This document shows positions 20,862 through 32,992 of a stretch of 64,000 nucleotides of DNA, piece by piece. How positions within the stretch are numbered: the first letter of the stretch is position 1; every line of letters begins with the position of its first letter. This stretch comes from Naegleria gruberi (lineage: Eukaryota), in assembly GCA_000004985.1 (NCBI GenBank), contig GG738913.1. The stretch is one strand, 5' to 3'. A model generated the notes under the pieces. It was not told the DNA's origin. It worked only from the letters and a program-made list of their open reading frames with translations, and did no database searches. The position numbers and the translations under genes were made by a program.

Positions 20862-23431
20862 TCCATTGTGTTGCTTGCTGTTGTTGCGTGGTTCCTGCTA
20901 CATGATAACGTGGTGAGCCTTCAAGTTGCGTCGTCGTTGATGTCGTTGTGCTATTGTTTTGTCCCATGTTTGTTTTTTGGCGCGTGAATTGTAATAACTA
21001 GTTGTTGTTGTGCTGTTGTTGTTGATGGGTGGTGATTGCAGTTATTGTTGTTGTTAGCAAGAGTTATTGTTAGCAGATGATAATTTTGCTTTTTGGAGAT
21101 GGTATGGATTTCTATCTTTTACTACTCTTGATATTACTATATTTTGTTTGTGGTGGTGTTAAATTCACCCAGTTTCGAATAGTTTGAGTAGAAATATTTA
21201 GAATAATTATTGGAAATGATGAAAATTATTGTACTTCGGAGGAGGATGAAGAAGTCAAGATGAGCGTGTTGAGTGTTATTCTTTTTTCTATTGTTGCCAA
21301 TTAATAATTGGTCGATTCAAGAACCAATTAAAGAGTCAACTCTGCGCTCTTTGTTTAACAATATGCTTGCTTGGAAAATAAACCAACACAAGCAAGCTGA
21401 AGGCCAATGGAGAAAGCTAAAGAAAGGTTGTTTATTGGGTGTCACCTGTCCGAGTTAAGGTGCACGTCATGTAAAAAAATCAAAACCGACCCATTTCTGA
21501 ATTTTTAATGGTAAATGGTTGTTGTCAGTAACCAATTATTCGTCTGGAGTAGGTAAACCTTACTCAATAGGAAATCAAAAAGGGAAGAAACTGTTTTTGA
21601 TATCAAAAAATACGAAACAACCAAGGAAAGAAAATCTATTTTCAAACGAAAGCATTGGAAAAGGTGTGAGATTATGAATTTCATGACGTTCCAGTTTTGC
21701 TAGATAATTATTGTGTTGATTTTTAAATCGTAGAAAATTTCACATTTTACAATGAAACTCTAAAATTATTCAACACTTTACAAGATGCTTAGGAAAATTG
21801 GAATAAATTCATGCATGCGATGCAATTCAAATGTGGTTTGTAGTTGTTGGTGGTGGATACATCCAGTGAGGATTGTGTTCAACAACAATTCGATAATAAT
21901 AATCATTGATAATTGTGCTGCTCACTAAACTAATACATTTAGAATGAAGTTCAGAAAATCCATTTTGGCAATATCTTTCGATAAGTGTTGAACCCTTTGA
22001 GTTGGGTGCATTGTTTTGGAAAGTTATATTGTAAAATGTTTTTTGTGTATACGAATCATTTAACATTCGAATATGTAATCATCTACAGTTTTTTGAAAGA
22101 AAGAATTCGAATTATTGGAGAATGCATATACTTGGTTGACGGGAGTGGTTGCCAATTGTAAGTATTTACCATAATGACAATGTTTAGGATATTTTTGAAA
22201 ATAGCAATTGCCGATATTAGAAAGTTAGCTGCCAATTAATGATTGTCTTGTTTCGTCTATATTCAATAATTTTTATGATTTGAGGATTCTGCCAATTTTC
22301 CAGATTCTCTTGTTGTATTAAATTTAAAACTAGTTTACAAAATTATTCTAACTACAATGTGTTACAGAATGCATTCGAAACTGGACTAATTACTGACATT
22401 ATTTTTGAGCTCTTCCAATTTAGCTCTTTTTCCTATCAGTGATGTTTATTCGAAAGAGTCCAATTAGTTGTTTCTTCTAAATATTTACACTTTTCTTCAA
22501 TTCTTCAACAACAATTAAAGTCGAATTCTATATGGTCACGAAGGAAACATTCCATTACAATAACAACCAAGCACTTTACAGTAATTTCAGGCGGATGAGA
22601 GGAGTAATGACCGTCATGGTTTCGGCTTTTGGTTTTCTGGTAGCTGTTGAAATATCCGAAAGTGTCTCTTTATCAAACCAAAGGATACAAAGTGGAAACG
22701 TGTTGCCAGACCTTGTTAATTTTTCTAAAAATCGAAAATGGTCGAATGCTTTCCAATTCTTGCAAAGAAATTGAATTATATTTTGTAAGTGGACTGTTTT
22801 TATCAATATTCAAAATTTTGGTGCAAGAAAGGCCAGAGAATAAAATTTAGTTTGGTTGACTAGGAGTTTCCTTTCTGAAATGATTCTTAAGCTTCACTCA
22901 TCAAATATTAATTTTTCTTTAGCCAACGAGCCATTGATGATTTTCATTTCTTGATTTGTAGATGCACTTGGCATAGGGCTAAATTCTCCCAATTTTAATG
23001 TGCTTGAATAAGTTTCTAATAGAATATTAACTTGAAAGTGGAAGATTTCAATGTGAGTAATGGAGCCTATCAAAAACAGCTTACCAATACTCACAAATAT
23101 CAAATGAGCAGTCTGTCCAATAATTGAGAGGTGGTTGCAGATATTTATTATTGTAAAAGAAATACTACTCTCAATTTTTTGTAAACTATTGAGCAACCAA
23201 TCAAAATATAGGGTACACGTCCATTGAATATTGAATAATCAAGCTTCTTAATGTTCCTGCCACGTAAAACACCGAGTATTACAAAGTGTTTCGTATATTA
23301 ATTGCCCCAGTAAATTACTTTAAATACTGCACCCCAAAGTTATCCTCTCACTTTGAATCACTATTAAAAAAGAATAATCACACAACTATTCTCATAATCA
23401 ACACATTCTTCAAAAGATCTCTCATTTAAAA

Positions 23432-25801
23432 ATGTCCATCAACAAGATTTTCACACACAATTTGGGTTTCCCAAGAATTGGAGCTCGTCGTGAATTGAAA
23501 CAAGCTTTGGAATCCTACTGGTCATGTAAAATTGATTTGAATGCATTGGAATTAGTCGGTACTCAATTGAGAAAGCAACATTGGGAACAACAATTACAAG
23601 CTGGTCAATTGGATTTAATTCCAGTTGGTGATTTTGCTTGGTATGATCAAGTTTTGGAATGGACAACAACTATTGGATGTATTCCAAAACGTCATCAATC
23701 TGATTCTGCTCAAGATCAACCTTTCCACTTGGATACTTTGTTTAGAATGGCACGTGGTAGAGCTCCAACTGGTCAACCAGCAGCTGCTTGTGAAATGACC
23801 AAGTGGTTTGATACTAATTATCACTTCATCACTCCAGAAATCAAATTGAATCAAGAATTTGCTCTTTCTCGTACTTTCCTCTTTGAGCAAGTTAAGGAAG
23901 CTGAACAAGTTTTGGGAATTGATCGTGTCAAGCCAGTTATTATTGGACCATTGACTTGGTTGTACTTGGCAAAGGGTGAGGAATTTGTTGGTTCTCTTGA
24001 TTCTAAGAAATTGACTCTTTTGGAAAAGTTGTTACCAGTTTACAATCAAGTTTTACAACAATTTAGTCAACTTGGTGTTAAATGGACTCAAATTGATGAA
24101 CCTGTTCTCTGTTTGGATTTGAATGATGAATGGAGACAAGCTTTCCAAACTTTCTATCAACAATTGAATCAATCCAAGAAGCTTAACATTTTGATTGCTA
24201 CCTATTTTGGAAATTTGTTGGACAACTTGAAAACTTTGGTCAATTTGCCAGTCGAAGCCATTCACATTGATGCTGTTCGTGCTCCACAACAACTTGCACC
24301 TGTATTGGAATCTCTCAAAAATTCCTCAAAGATTTTGTCAGTTGGCTTAATTGACGGAAGAAACATTTGGAGAAGTGATTTGGATGCTTGCATTGAAACT
24401 ATTCAAAAAGTTATCATTGGAGAATTCAAATTTGATGCTTCTCGTTTGTGGCTTTCTCCTTCCTGTTCCCTTTTACATGTTCCTTTCGATTTGAAATACG
24501 AAACTAAAATCGATGCAGAATTGAAGAGCTGGTTGAGTTTTGCTGTTCAAAAGCTGGAAGAGTTATCTTTGTTGGGTTATGCAGCCCTTCTTAAAGATGG
24601 ATGCGAAGGTTCAATTCCTTCCAATATCTCTTCTCTTCTCGCCACTCAAAGATCTGCAATCGAATCTAGAAGAAACTCTGTTAGAATCCACAATCCACAA
24701 GTCAAGTCCAGAATGAATGAATCCATCTCAACAGACAGATCACATCCATTCGATGATAGAAAGAAGGCTCAACAATCCAAATTCCATCTCCCAAAGCTTT
24801 TCCCAACCACCACCATTGGATCTTTCCCACAAACTCAAGAAATTCGTTCCATTCGTTTGAAATACAAGAATGGAACTGTTTCACGTGAATTATACGAAAA
24901 GTTCATGAAGGAAGAAATTGAGAAAGTTGTTCGTCTTCAAGAGGAAATTGGTTTGGATGTTTTGGTTCACGGAGAACCTGAAAGAAATGACATGGTTGAG
25001 TATTTTGGTGAATTGATGAATGGTTATGCATTCACTGAGAATGGTTGGACTCAATCATTTGGTAGCAGATGTGTTAAGCCACCTGTTATCTTTGGAGATA
25101 TTTCACTTGATAAGCCAATGACAGTTGAATGGTCTTCATATGCTCAATCTTTGACTGATAAGCCAATGAAGGGTATGTTAACTGGTCCAGTTACTATTTT
25201 GAACTGGAGTTTCGTCAGAGATGATCAACCAAGAAGTGAAACTTGTAAGCAATTGGCTTTGGTTTTAAGAGATGAAGTGCTCAACTTGGAAAAGGCAGGA
25301 ATTAAGATTATTCAAATTGATGAACCAGCTGTAAGAGAAGGTTTGCCATTGAGAAAATCTGACTGGAATACCTATTTGAAATGGGCAGTTGACTGCTTCA
25401 AGTTGACAACATCAGGTGTTGAAATTGATACTCAAATTCACACTCACATGTGCTATTCTGAATTCAATGACATTATTGACTCAATTGGTGCAATGGATGC
25501 TGACGTGATTAGTATTGAAACTTCTAGATCTAATATGGAATTATTACAAGCTTTTGAAGATTTCAAATATCCAAATGATATTGGTCCAGGTGTTTATGAT
25601 ATTCACTCTCCAAATGTTCCAAATGTTGAATGGATGGTCAAGTTGATCAAGAATGCTATTGAAAGAATTCCAAAGGAAAATATTTGGATAAATCCTGATT
25701 GTGGTTTGAAGACTCGTGGATATCAAGAAGTTAAGCAAGCTTTAATTGCTATGGTCCAAGCAGCTCAACAATTGAGAACTGAATTTGAAACTTGTCAATA
25801 A
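23432..25801 (+). CDS. metE: cobalamin-independent methionine synthase (5-methyltetrahydropteroyltriglutamate-homocysteine S-methyltransferase, MetE)
   Basis: MSINKIFTHNLGFPRIGARRELK start. Both MetE halves are present, with the C-terminal Zn site (HxC...E...C: IHTHMCYSEF...DCGLKTR). 789 aa in a single exon. Confidence 0.95.
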   Translation: MSINKIFTHNLGFPRIGARRELKQALESYWSCKIDLNALELVGTQLRKQHWEQQLQAGQLDLIPVGDFAWYDQVLEWTTTIGCIPKRHQSDSAQDQPFHLDTLFRMARGRAPTGQPAAACEMTKWFDTNYHFITPEIKLNQEFALSRTFLFEQVKEAEQVLGIDRVKPVIIGPLTWLYLAKGEEFVGSLDSKKLTLLEKLLPVYNQVLQQFSQLGVKWTQIDEPVLCLDLNDEWRQAFQTFYQQLNQSKKLNILIATYFGNLLDNLKTLVNLPVEAIHIDAVRAPQQLAPVLESLKNSSKILSVGLIDGRNIWRSDLDACIETIQKVIIGEFKFDASRLWLSPSCSLLHVPFDLKYETKIDAELKSWLSFAVQKLEELSLLGYAALLKDGCEGSIPSNISSLLATQRSAIESRRNSVRIHNPQVKSRMNESISTDRSHPFDDRKKAQQSKFHLPKLFPTTTIGSFPQTQEIRSIRLKYKNGTVSRELYEKFMKEEIEKVVRLQEEIGLDVLVHGEPERNDMVEYFGELMNGYAFTENGWTQSFGSRCVKPPVIFGDISLDKPMTVEWSSYAQSLTDKPMKGMLTGPVTILNWSFVRDDQPRSETCKQLALVLRDEVLNLEKAGIKIIQIDEPAVREGLPLRKSDWNTYLKWAVDCFKLTTSGVEIDTQIHTHMCYSEFNDIIDSIGAMDADVISIETSRSNMELLQAFEDFKYPNDIGPGVYDIHSPNVPNVEWMVKLIKNAIERIPKENIWINPDCGLKTRGYQEVKQALIAMVQAAQQLRTEFETCQ

Positions 25802-26090
25802 ATATTTTCACAGCACTTCTCTTCTTAGTGTATTGCCAGAGTTTTAGATGTTGGAACCTTTCTCCAATGGATCAAATGTTGTTGATGTTATACATCATTA
25901 TCTTTTTTTTGCAACTCACATTTACTCCTTGCTTTCAATTCATTAGAAATTGAGACACAGATCACCAACCATTAACACAACATGTTTTACCTTACCACAG
26001 AGTTGCCAAATTTTATTTCATCATGGCAAAGAAAAGGAATGAAAGGGCTCTTGCTTATTTGAAGAATAAACTATCTGAGTATGTCCCTTT

Positions 26091-27613
26091 TTATTTACCT
26101 CTTCTTCCAGAAGAAGGTGGACGTTTGCTGGATGATGATCTAGAGGATGAAGATCTACCAGATGATGATTTAGAAGATCTGCTTCCAGATCTACCTGAGC
26201 TTGGGCTAGATCTGTTTCCAGATGATCTACTTCCAGATCTGTTTCCAGAAGATTTACTTCCAGATGATCTACCTGAGCTTGATCTACTTCCAGATGATCT
26301 GGATTTTGAGGATGAAGAACCACTCGATCTTCTTTGAGAAGAAGATCTTCCAGAGTTGTTTCTAGTATTTCTTCCTGATTGGTTGTTAGATCTCTTTTGA
26401 GTTGGCTTAGAATAGGTCTTTCTGGAGAGTCCAGTCTTGAATCCAGAGTAAGCTTTTCTAAATTCGTTAGCATTCTTCAACTTTGCAACAGTACCCATCT
26501 TCTTCCAATTCTTACCAGCAGTAGAAACTGTCTTTCTAATAGCACTCATTACTTGCTTTCTATTCTTAACAAATTTAGTGGCCTTTGTGAGTGAGGTCTT
26601 GAGTGCCTTGTAAGAGGTTGGCAATTTAATGTTTCTAACCATTCCCAATGCCTTCAAACCTCCCTTCAAACTGAGAGCTCCAGAAACAACATTTAAAGTT
26701 CTTCTTACAGCTTGGAATGTCTTGGATTTAACAACAGGGGCAATCTTTGCAGCAACCTTGGTTTCGATTGGCTTTAACTTGGTTTGAGAAAATGTGTCTA
26801 CGGAAGAACCCCATTTTTTGGCAGTTTCTGAAACACCTTTCAAACCCCATTTATCTAATTTGCTAGCAACTGGACCTGACAAGAATTTACCGACCTTTGA
26901 AATTTTGTCAGAGTAAGTTCCAATACCATCAACTATGTTCATTCCTAGTGAGGCAATAGAGATAGCTTGACCAAGCCAAAGAGATTTAGCTCCAGATGAT
27001 GACTCGAATGAAACAGGGCCAGTAACACCTTCTGGTGTTGGTTGTTGTTGTTGAGCTGGCTCTTCCTTGAGTGGTTGATTTTCATTGGCTTTTGAAATAT
27101 CAGTAAGTGATGATTGCAAGATATCAACTGATGGATGTTCTGACTTTACTGTGAAATCCTTTACAATAGCCAAGAGTTGTTGTTTCAACTCGTTGGATTC
27201 TGTTGTTTGGACTTGATCAAGTTTATCAGCAATCTATATCAAAATAACATGAAACATGCATGATGATTAGTATGTGAACAGACTATTCCACAAAAACTAT
27301 TACTTACTCCTTTGATCTTGTTAGCAAACTCAAGATATGTTTCAGCAACTTCTCTTTCTTCCTTTGATGAGAGAGCTTCTTTGAAACTAGCAACTACATT
27401 CTTTGTGGTATCATCAACTGGGAATGCTTCAGCAGACCTCTTCTTTCTATGTGGGTTGATATTTACATTGACCACAATACTAATTCCTTCATTTCCTCCT
27501 CTACTTTGCAAAGCATAGGCTCTTCTATCCTGAGCTTGAACAGTCACAATACAAGATAAGATTGTCAATGCCAAAAGCACTCCAAACAATGTGATAGAAG
27601 CACTAATTTTCAT
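26091..27613 (-). CDS. secreted low-complexity protein with C-terminal Ser/Arg/Gly-repeat tail; exons 27308..27613 and 26091..27233
   Basis: ATG at 27611-27613 gives signal peptide MKISASITLFGVLLALTILSCIVTVQA. A GTAAGT...ATAG intron at 27234..27307 (74 nt) joins ...ANKIKG|IADKLDQVQ... in frame. C-terminal (RSSGS/GNRSGS)n repeats. Confidence 0.6.
26095..26340. repeat. imperfect tandem repeats (~24-27 nt unit, ccagatgatctacttccagatct-like) encoding the SR/G repeat tail
   Basis: Visible periodicity of gatgatct / ccagatct units. A mirror acidic ORF (26023..26337, +) is its antisense shadow. Confidence 0.6.
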
Positions 27614-28228
27614 TATTTTTTTCTGAAGATGATTGTTGACCCCTGTCAGTTGATAACACACTACCCATTTCATCATCAACTGAATCGTTTGATTACAAAA
27701 ATATGTTCGACCGCACAATAAACATCTTCTTGATTTGTTAAAAGTGTAATAGAAATGATAGTCGCAATTCGCCCCTTGATGAAAAAGTTAGTGCATGTTC
27801 AAGGTTTACTTTCCTTGCTGGTGTGATGGAAAGATAATACAATATTGGTTTTTCATGTTATTGAATGATGCACTGTTATTTCATGATGAGTGTTCAACAT
27901 TCCGATCAATATTTAAATATTTTAATACACAATCAATAATATTTCATGATGCACTTCTGATAAAACTACAATGAACCCATTCCTTAAACTTGTTTTGGAT
28001 TTTTTTTTACAATTTAAAAAAATCAATTTACTAGTATTGCTAATTGTATTAAGGAACATCATGTTAACATCTACGATGTTGGACAAGTAATCATGATGAT
28101 GAAGGAACAATAATACGAGAACTGCTAAACAGATACGAGATAATATTAGAGGATGTGTGGTCTTATTCGGAGGTGGAGCTTACGTTTGATGAAGGTTGAG
28201 GGATGAACACTTAACTGGTCCAATGGCT

Positions 28229-28714
28229 TTATTGATGTTGTATGTGCTTAATTCTTTTGCTGGTGTCATTGAGTTTATCATCAAAGCTGTGTTTACGAGG
28301 TCTTCCTCTTGGTCGTTTAGGTTGTGCCTTTTTCCTTTCTTCTTCCTCCTTCATGGATTCTACGGTGTGGCAAACAAAGGGAAAACTCTCATTGTGTTTT
28401 CTCTTTTTGCTATCTTGAAGTGTGTTTGTTGTTGTTTTTTCAGCTGAAATAAAACATGTTTGTGGAGCAAATGAACTGGTATTAGGTGGAGATTCAGGAA
28501 TTGGTTGGAATGCATTATTTACAAGAATGTTATTCATGAAAGGGTGTTGGTTGAATGTGAATGTTTCATTGGTTGATGGATTGGAATAATCTGAGGTTAT
28601 TGGTTGGAAAATATTGTTGGGTTGAATCGTAACTGTTTGGTCCAACCAAATGTACAATTTCAGTAACATTATTTCTAATGAGTTGGTGTCCTGTTCAGCC
28701 AATGATAGATTCAT
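28229..28714 (-). CDS. small single-AT-hook protein, family member 1
   Basis: ATG at 28712-28714. N-terminal LEIMLLKLYIWL motif. C-terminal TVESMKEEEERKKAQPKRPRGRPRKHSF. GRP is the AT-hook core. Confidence 0.6.
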   Translation of the reverse strand: MNLSLAEQDTNSLEIMLLKLYIWLDQTVTIQPNNIFQPITSDYSNPSTNETFTFNQHPFMNNILVNNAFQPIPESPPNTSSFAPQTCFISAEKTTTNTLQDSKKRKHNESFPFVCHTVESMKEEEERKKAQPKRPRGRPRKHSFDDKLNDTSKRIKHIQHQ

Positions 28715-29087
28715 TTCTAATATATTGATTTTTTTGTACTCTCAATCTCCATTTCCAATACATCAATTTGTTGCATTGGAGAAACATGAGGAAACTGAGC
28801 ATTTTGTTGGATTCGGTAGCAATTAGATGTGTTTTGAAAGAGATGGTTATAATATGAAGAAGAAAAATCAAAATTTAGAAAGTGTACCATACCATTATGA
28901 GATGTTTGATAGAAATACTCTTTCCCATTCTCGTATTTATTGAATTAAATTACAGAAAATTGGTGGTAGGTGTTCCTTGTCGGAATAGGTGTTATCACTC
29001 ACTTTATCAATAATTTCAAACTCAAAAACATGTCAAAAACCAAAGTCTGCTACGATTAAGACAACACAACATGTTGATATCTGACAT

Positions 29088-29645
29088 TTAATTATCGTCT
29101 TTATTGACAGTCATATATTCCATTTTCAATCGTTTAGTTTCACTTTTGATTTCGAAACTGTTCTTTCTTGGTCTTCCTCTTGGTCGTTTGGGTTGAGTCT
29201 TTTTAAGCTCTTGCTCTTCTCTAATTGATTCAACTGTAGAACAAATGAAAGGAATTGGTTTCCTTATGCTTAACTGATTTGTGAAACTCGATGATTTTCT
29301 GCTTGTCTCAAAAAATGGTTCTTGTTTGATTGATAAATTTCCAAACGAAATTTGAGTTGAAGAGGTGGCAGTAGTTGATGTATTTACAGTAAGGAATGAG
29401 TTGTCAGCATTACACGGATTAGAACCAAACAACATGATGTCATTACATGTATCTACATGCTGATTTGAAGTAACTTTCAACATTTCCTTGGGGCAAGCTG
29501 AACAATTTGGTGGTTGTTGTTGAAGATTTGATGCTTGTTCTTCCTCCAACATTATATATAACCTCAATAACATTTCCAATTGATTTGTGTTCAATAAGGT
29601 CAAACCGAATATTTCAGCTTGTTCTTCATGATCATTGCTGCTCAT
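29088..29645 (-). CDS. small single-AT-hook protein, family member 2 (tandem paralog)
   Basis: ATG at 29643-29645. N-terminal LEMLLRLYIML. C-terminal STVESIREEQELKKTQPKRPRGRPRKNSF. Confidence 0.6.
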   Translation of the reverse strand: MSSNDHEEQAEIFGLTLLNTNQLEMLLRLYIMLEEEQASNLQQQPPNCSACPKEMLKVTSNQHVDTCNDIMLFGSNPCNADNSFLTVNTSTTATSSTQISFGNLSIKQEPFFETSRKSSSFTNQLSIRKPIPFICSTVESIREEQELKKTQPKRPRGRPRKNSFEIKSETKRLKMEYMTVNKDDN

Positions 29646-30379
29646 TCTTAATATACTTGAGAAAGAGGAGTTTTTTTTTGAAAGGAAATTGTTATAAACT
29701 AGTAGTTTGTAAAGTACTTAACAAACTACGTGATTCTGTCTCTTCTCAAAAAGTAATAATAAAAGATGCACGCTCACAAAATTGTTTATTTATTGGCCCT
29801 TTTTTAGTATTTGTATTGAACTTATGACGCATTATGCGTTTCTTGATTTGGGAAGTTGTGCACAACCAAATCTCAACTTCTCTGAGATTGTTATTTGAAC
29901 GTTTTTAATCTTCATACCACAGTGTTGAGATGACAAATGGTTGCATATTGGTCTAACTAGAACTTGACGAACAAACTGTAATATTTCTATTAAGGTATTA
30001 CTCAAAACCGAACTCATTTTTGAAATCTTATTTGTTGGCATCTGTTATCACCTAAGAACTCACGGAATTTTTGCCATGTATTGTTAATAGTAATTTTTTC
30101 GAATATTTTCAATGTAAATTTCTATAAAGGAAGGATGTATTAGTACGCTCAATAAATCGCTCTTTTTGTAATAATAGAGACAGTTCTCTGAATGGAAGTT
30201 TTCATTCACTATTTTATCGAATATCTCTTTCATTGCCAATCACTCACCTTCTTCAAATATAATGCCATTCCGATTTACAACAGTTGAATGTCTATTGATG
30301 TGTATAATCTTCTGTCCGTTGATATGGCAACTGTGGTTCCTTAATCACGAGATATCTTGTGTCTTTCAATACAAAAAAA

Positions 30380-32915
30380 ATGGTACAAATCCAACCAGTA
30401 AACAATCAGAAAGAATCCGCCTACCTCAATGATGACTATTCTTCTGAACAATCGTCCAGTTTAATCTCCTCCTCTGAAAAGTCCTTCAGTGTTTCCTTCA
30501 AATTTTGTATCATTGCCACTACTTCCTCACTAGTTGCATTTAGCATAATCATCTTGACAGGTATCTGGTTAGCAAGTATCACTTCCACCTCATTGGAAAT
30601 GTCAACAACTTTGAGAGAGAATGAATTCTTCAAGATTCGTCAATTTTGTCTTCAATTAATTCAAGATGTTTATACAGTTTCAAATACGGTTACTGGTCAA
30701 TTAGGTGTTCAGTTCAATTCTTCCTCAGATAATGAAAAGGCGCTGTCAATGTACCGTCTTTACAAGTCAGAAATTAGCTCATCTCACAAGTCAATTGTGG
30801 CAACTTTGTTTATTGCTGATCCACAAGCAACCCTTGTTGGTTTATACATTTTTGGAGGAAAACCAGTCAAGTTTAAGGCAACTCAGCATGTTTCCCTTGA
30901 TTTATACTATTGTAATGATGTAGAGAATTACGATTATTGTAATTCAAATTCGAAACCTGATTTATCACTTCCTGCTTTTGATAATTCGAGACCTGTTGTT
31001 GCGTGTAATGAAAATCCGAATGGAACTTTCTTTTTACCTTCATTCGCTGATGTTACTTTGCCTGATTATATGTTTCTTACATTGATTTATTGTTTTCAGG
31101 GAGATAGTGTCAGTAGAGTTTCGTCTGGTTTCAAATACTTGTTTGCTTATCAATTGTCTTCGAATACATTGTCTGAATTCTTGATTAGTAGTACCAAGTC
31201 AGTTGTTTCAAGTGTTGCTTTGGTTATGGAAATAGATACAGGTTATGTTGTGGCAAGTAAGTTGACAAATTTTCTATAGATTTTACTTTCGAATAATTAG
31301 CCAATATGGAAAACTCAAAACTGTCAGTTTTGGATAACAGTGGAAACATCAAAAGAAAGGGATTGCTCGACTTGACAGATCCTGATCAATTCGATGTTTC
31401 CTCATATGTTTACAATCAATTCAAAACAAATTACAAAAACTCAATTGAGTGCAATTCAAACATGTACTTTTCCACAAGTACAAGATACATTTCCGTATAT
31501 AGAATGTGCAAGGGAATCGACTGGTTACTCATTTACTCAGTTCCAATTTGGAATTATACAGGTAGCTTAGTAATTGCAGTTGTTTGTGCCATTTCTGGAG
31601 GTTTACTTATTTTGGTGTTTAGTGCCATTTTAGGAGTGGTCTTATCTGTGAGAATTGTAGCTCCATTTAAGAATTTAATAATGATGTTTAATAATGTTTC
31701 GAACATGGATTTGGATTCTTTAAATTTGGATTCCAGTCGTTTCAATGAAGTTCAGCAATTGCAATACCATTTCATGTCAATGGTCAGACAAATCAAACTC
31801 TACAGATCCTTCTTGCCCTCTCATTTATTAGCTCAAGTAAGTTGATTCTCTCTTCTATGTGTTGAAGAAATATAATTCAATTTCACAATATTCAGATTGA
31901 TAATAATGAAAATGATGGAAACGAAACTAATCAACCAAAAGATCAACAAGTTGAAAAACACGAAACTGCCTCCAAATCTTCCAAATCCTTCTCTAGTCAC
32001 CAATCTAGTCACCAAATTTCCAATTCCTCATCTTCCATGTTAAAACACAAAGGACACATCAATAGATTCGAATTGTATTTAGAACACAAATCTAGTACTG
32101 CACTAGCTCTCTATATCAAAGGACTTTCTCAATTATTTGCTCAACATTTAAAGACAGAAAAGGAAATCCTACATGTTCTTAAAGAGATTTTTGAAATTAC
32201 CAATTCAGTTTCCACACAATTTAACGCCCAAAGAGGAAATTTAGAAAATGACACAATTATTTTGACATTTAACACTTCCATAAATGTTAATCATCATGAA
32301 TTGAAAGCAGTTGAAGCAGCTAACGTATTACAAGGCAAATTACAAAAACTTTCTGAAAAATGGAACTCTAGTATTGATACTGAACTATTTTACAATCAAC
32401 TTAACTTTCGAATTGCAATTTGTAATGATAATACTTTTTGTGGAAATGTTGGAAGTCATGATTGTAAGAATTTTACAAGTATTTCATGTTTGAAACCTCA
32501 TTTAGTGAGCTTGTTTGCTAAATCTCAATCCATGAATGTCCAAATTATTCTTTCAGATGCAATTTATAAGAAAGTTTCGTCCAAATTCGAAACTAGATGT
32601 ATTGGAAAGATTGATTGGTTGAGTGGAAAGAATGAATTCAGTCTTTTCCCTTCAATTGACCAAACCAATGAACCACCACACCTTACTCATGTCCACGAAT
32701 TAGGAAATTCATTGACAATCCAAATGGACGAATGGTTATACGAATTGGAACAAAAAGAAAAATCAAGCAAATGGAAAGTTTACAATGCAGCAATTGATTG
32801 TTTTGAAAAGAATGAATTTGAACAGGCAAAACAATTTTTTGAGGAGTTTTTGAGTAAAAATCCGCAAGATATTCCAACTTTGCACATGATTAGAGAATGT
32901 GATTTGAAACTATAG
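30380..32915 (+). CDS. receptor-type class III cyclase-like protein, paralog of 10647..13101; exons 30380..31256, 31301..31836, 31896..32915
   Basis: ATG at 30380 (the ORF track starts at a GTG at 30359). Introns: GTAAGT..TTAG at 31257..31300 (44 nt) and GTAAGT..TCAG at 31837..31895 (59 nt). Both join in frame, and the 47 codons from 31896 to 32036 are open. TM helices FCIIATTSSLVAFSIIILTGIWLA and GSLVIAVVCAISGGLLILVFSAILGVVLSV. C-terminal FRIAICNDNTFCGNVGSHDCKNFTSISCLKPHLVSLFAKSQ resembles cyclase beta4-beta5. TPR-like tail. Confidence 0.7.
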
Positions 32916-32992
32916 TTTAGTTTCGTATGTATAAAACTAAACTTTGAGTTTACAAAGATTAACAGAAACTACCTTTGGAACTGTCAAAAAAA

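Noticed and set aside
26023-26337. Plus-strand acidic ORF (DDLEDEDLPDD...) as a gene
   Set aside because: It is the exact antisense mirror of the repeat-encoded SR/G tail of the minus-strand secreted protein. That protein has a proper start, signal peptide and intron, and this ORF has none.
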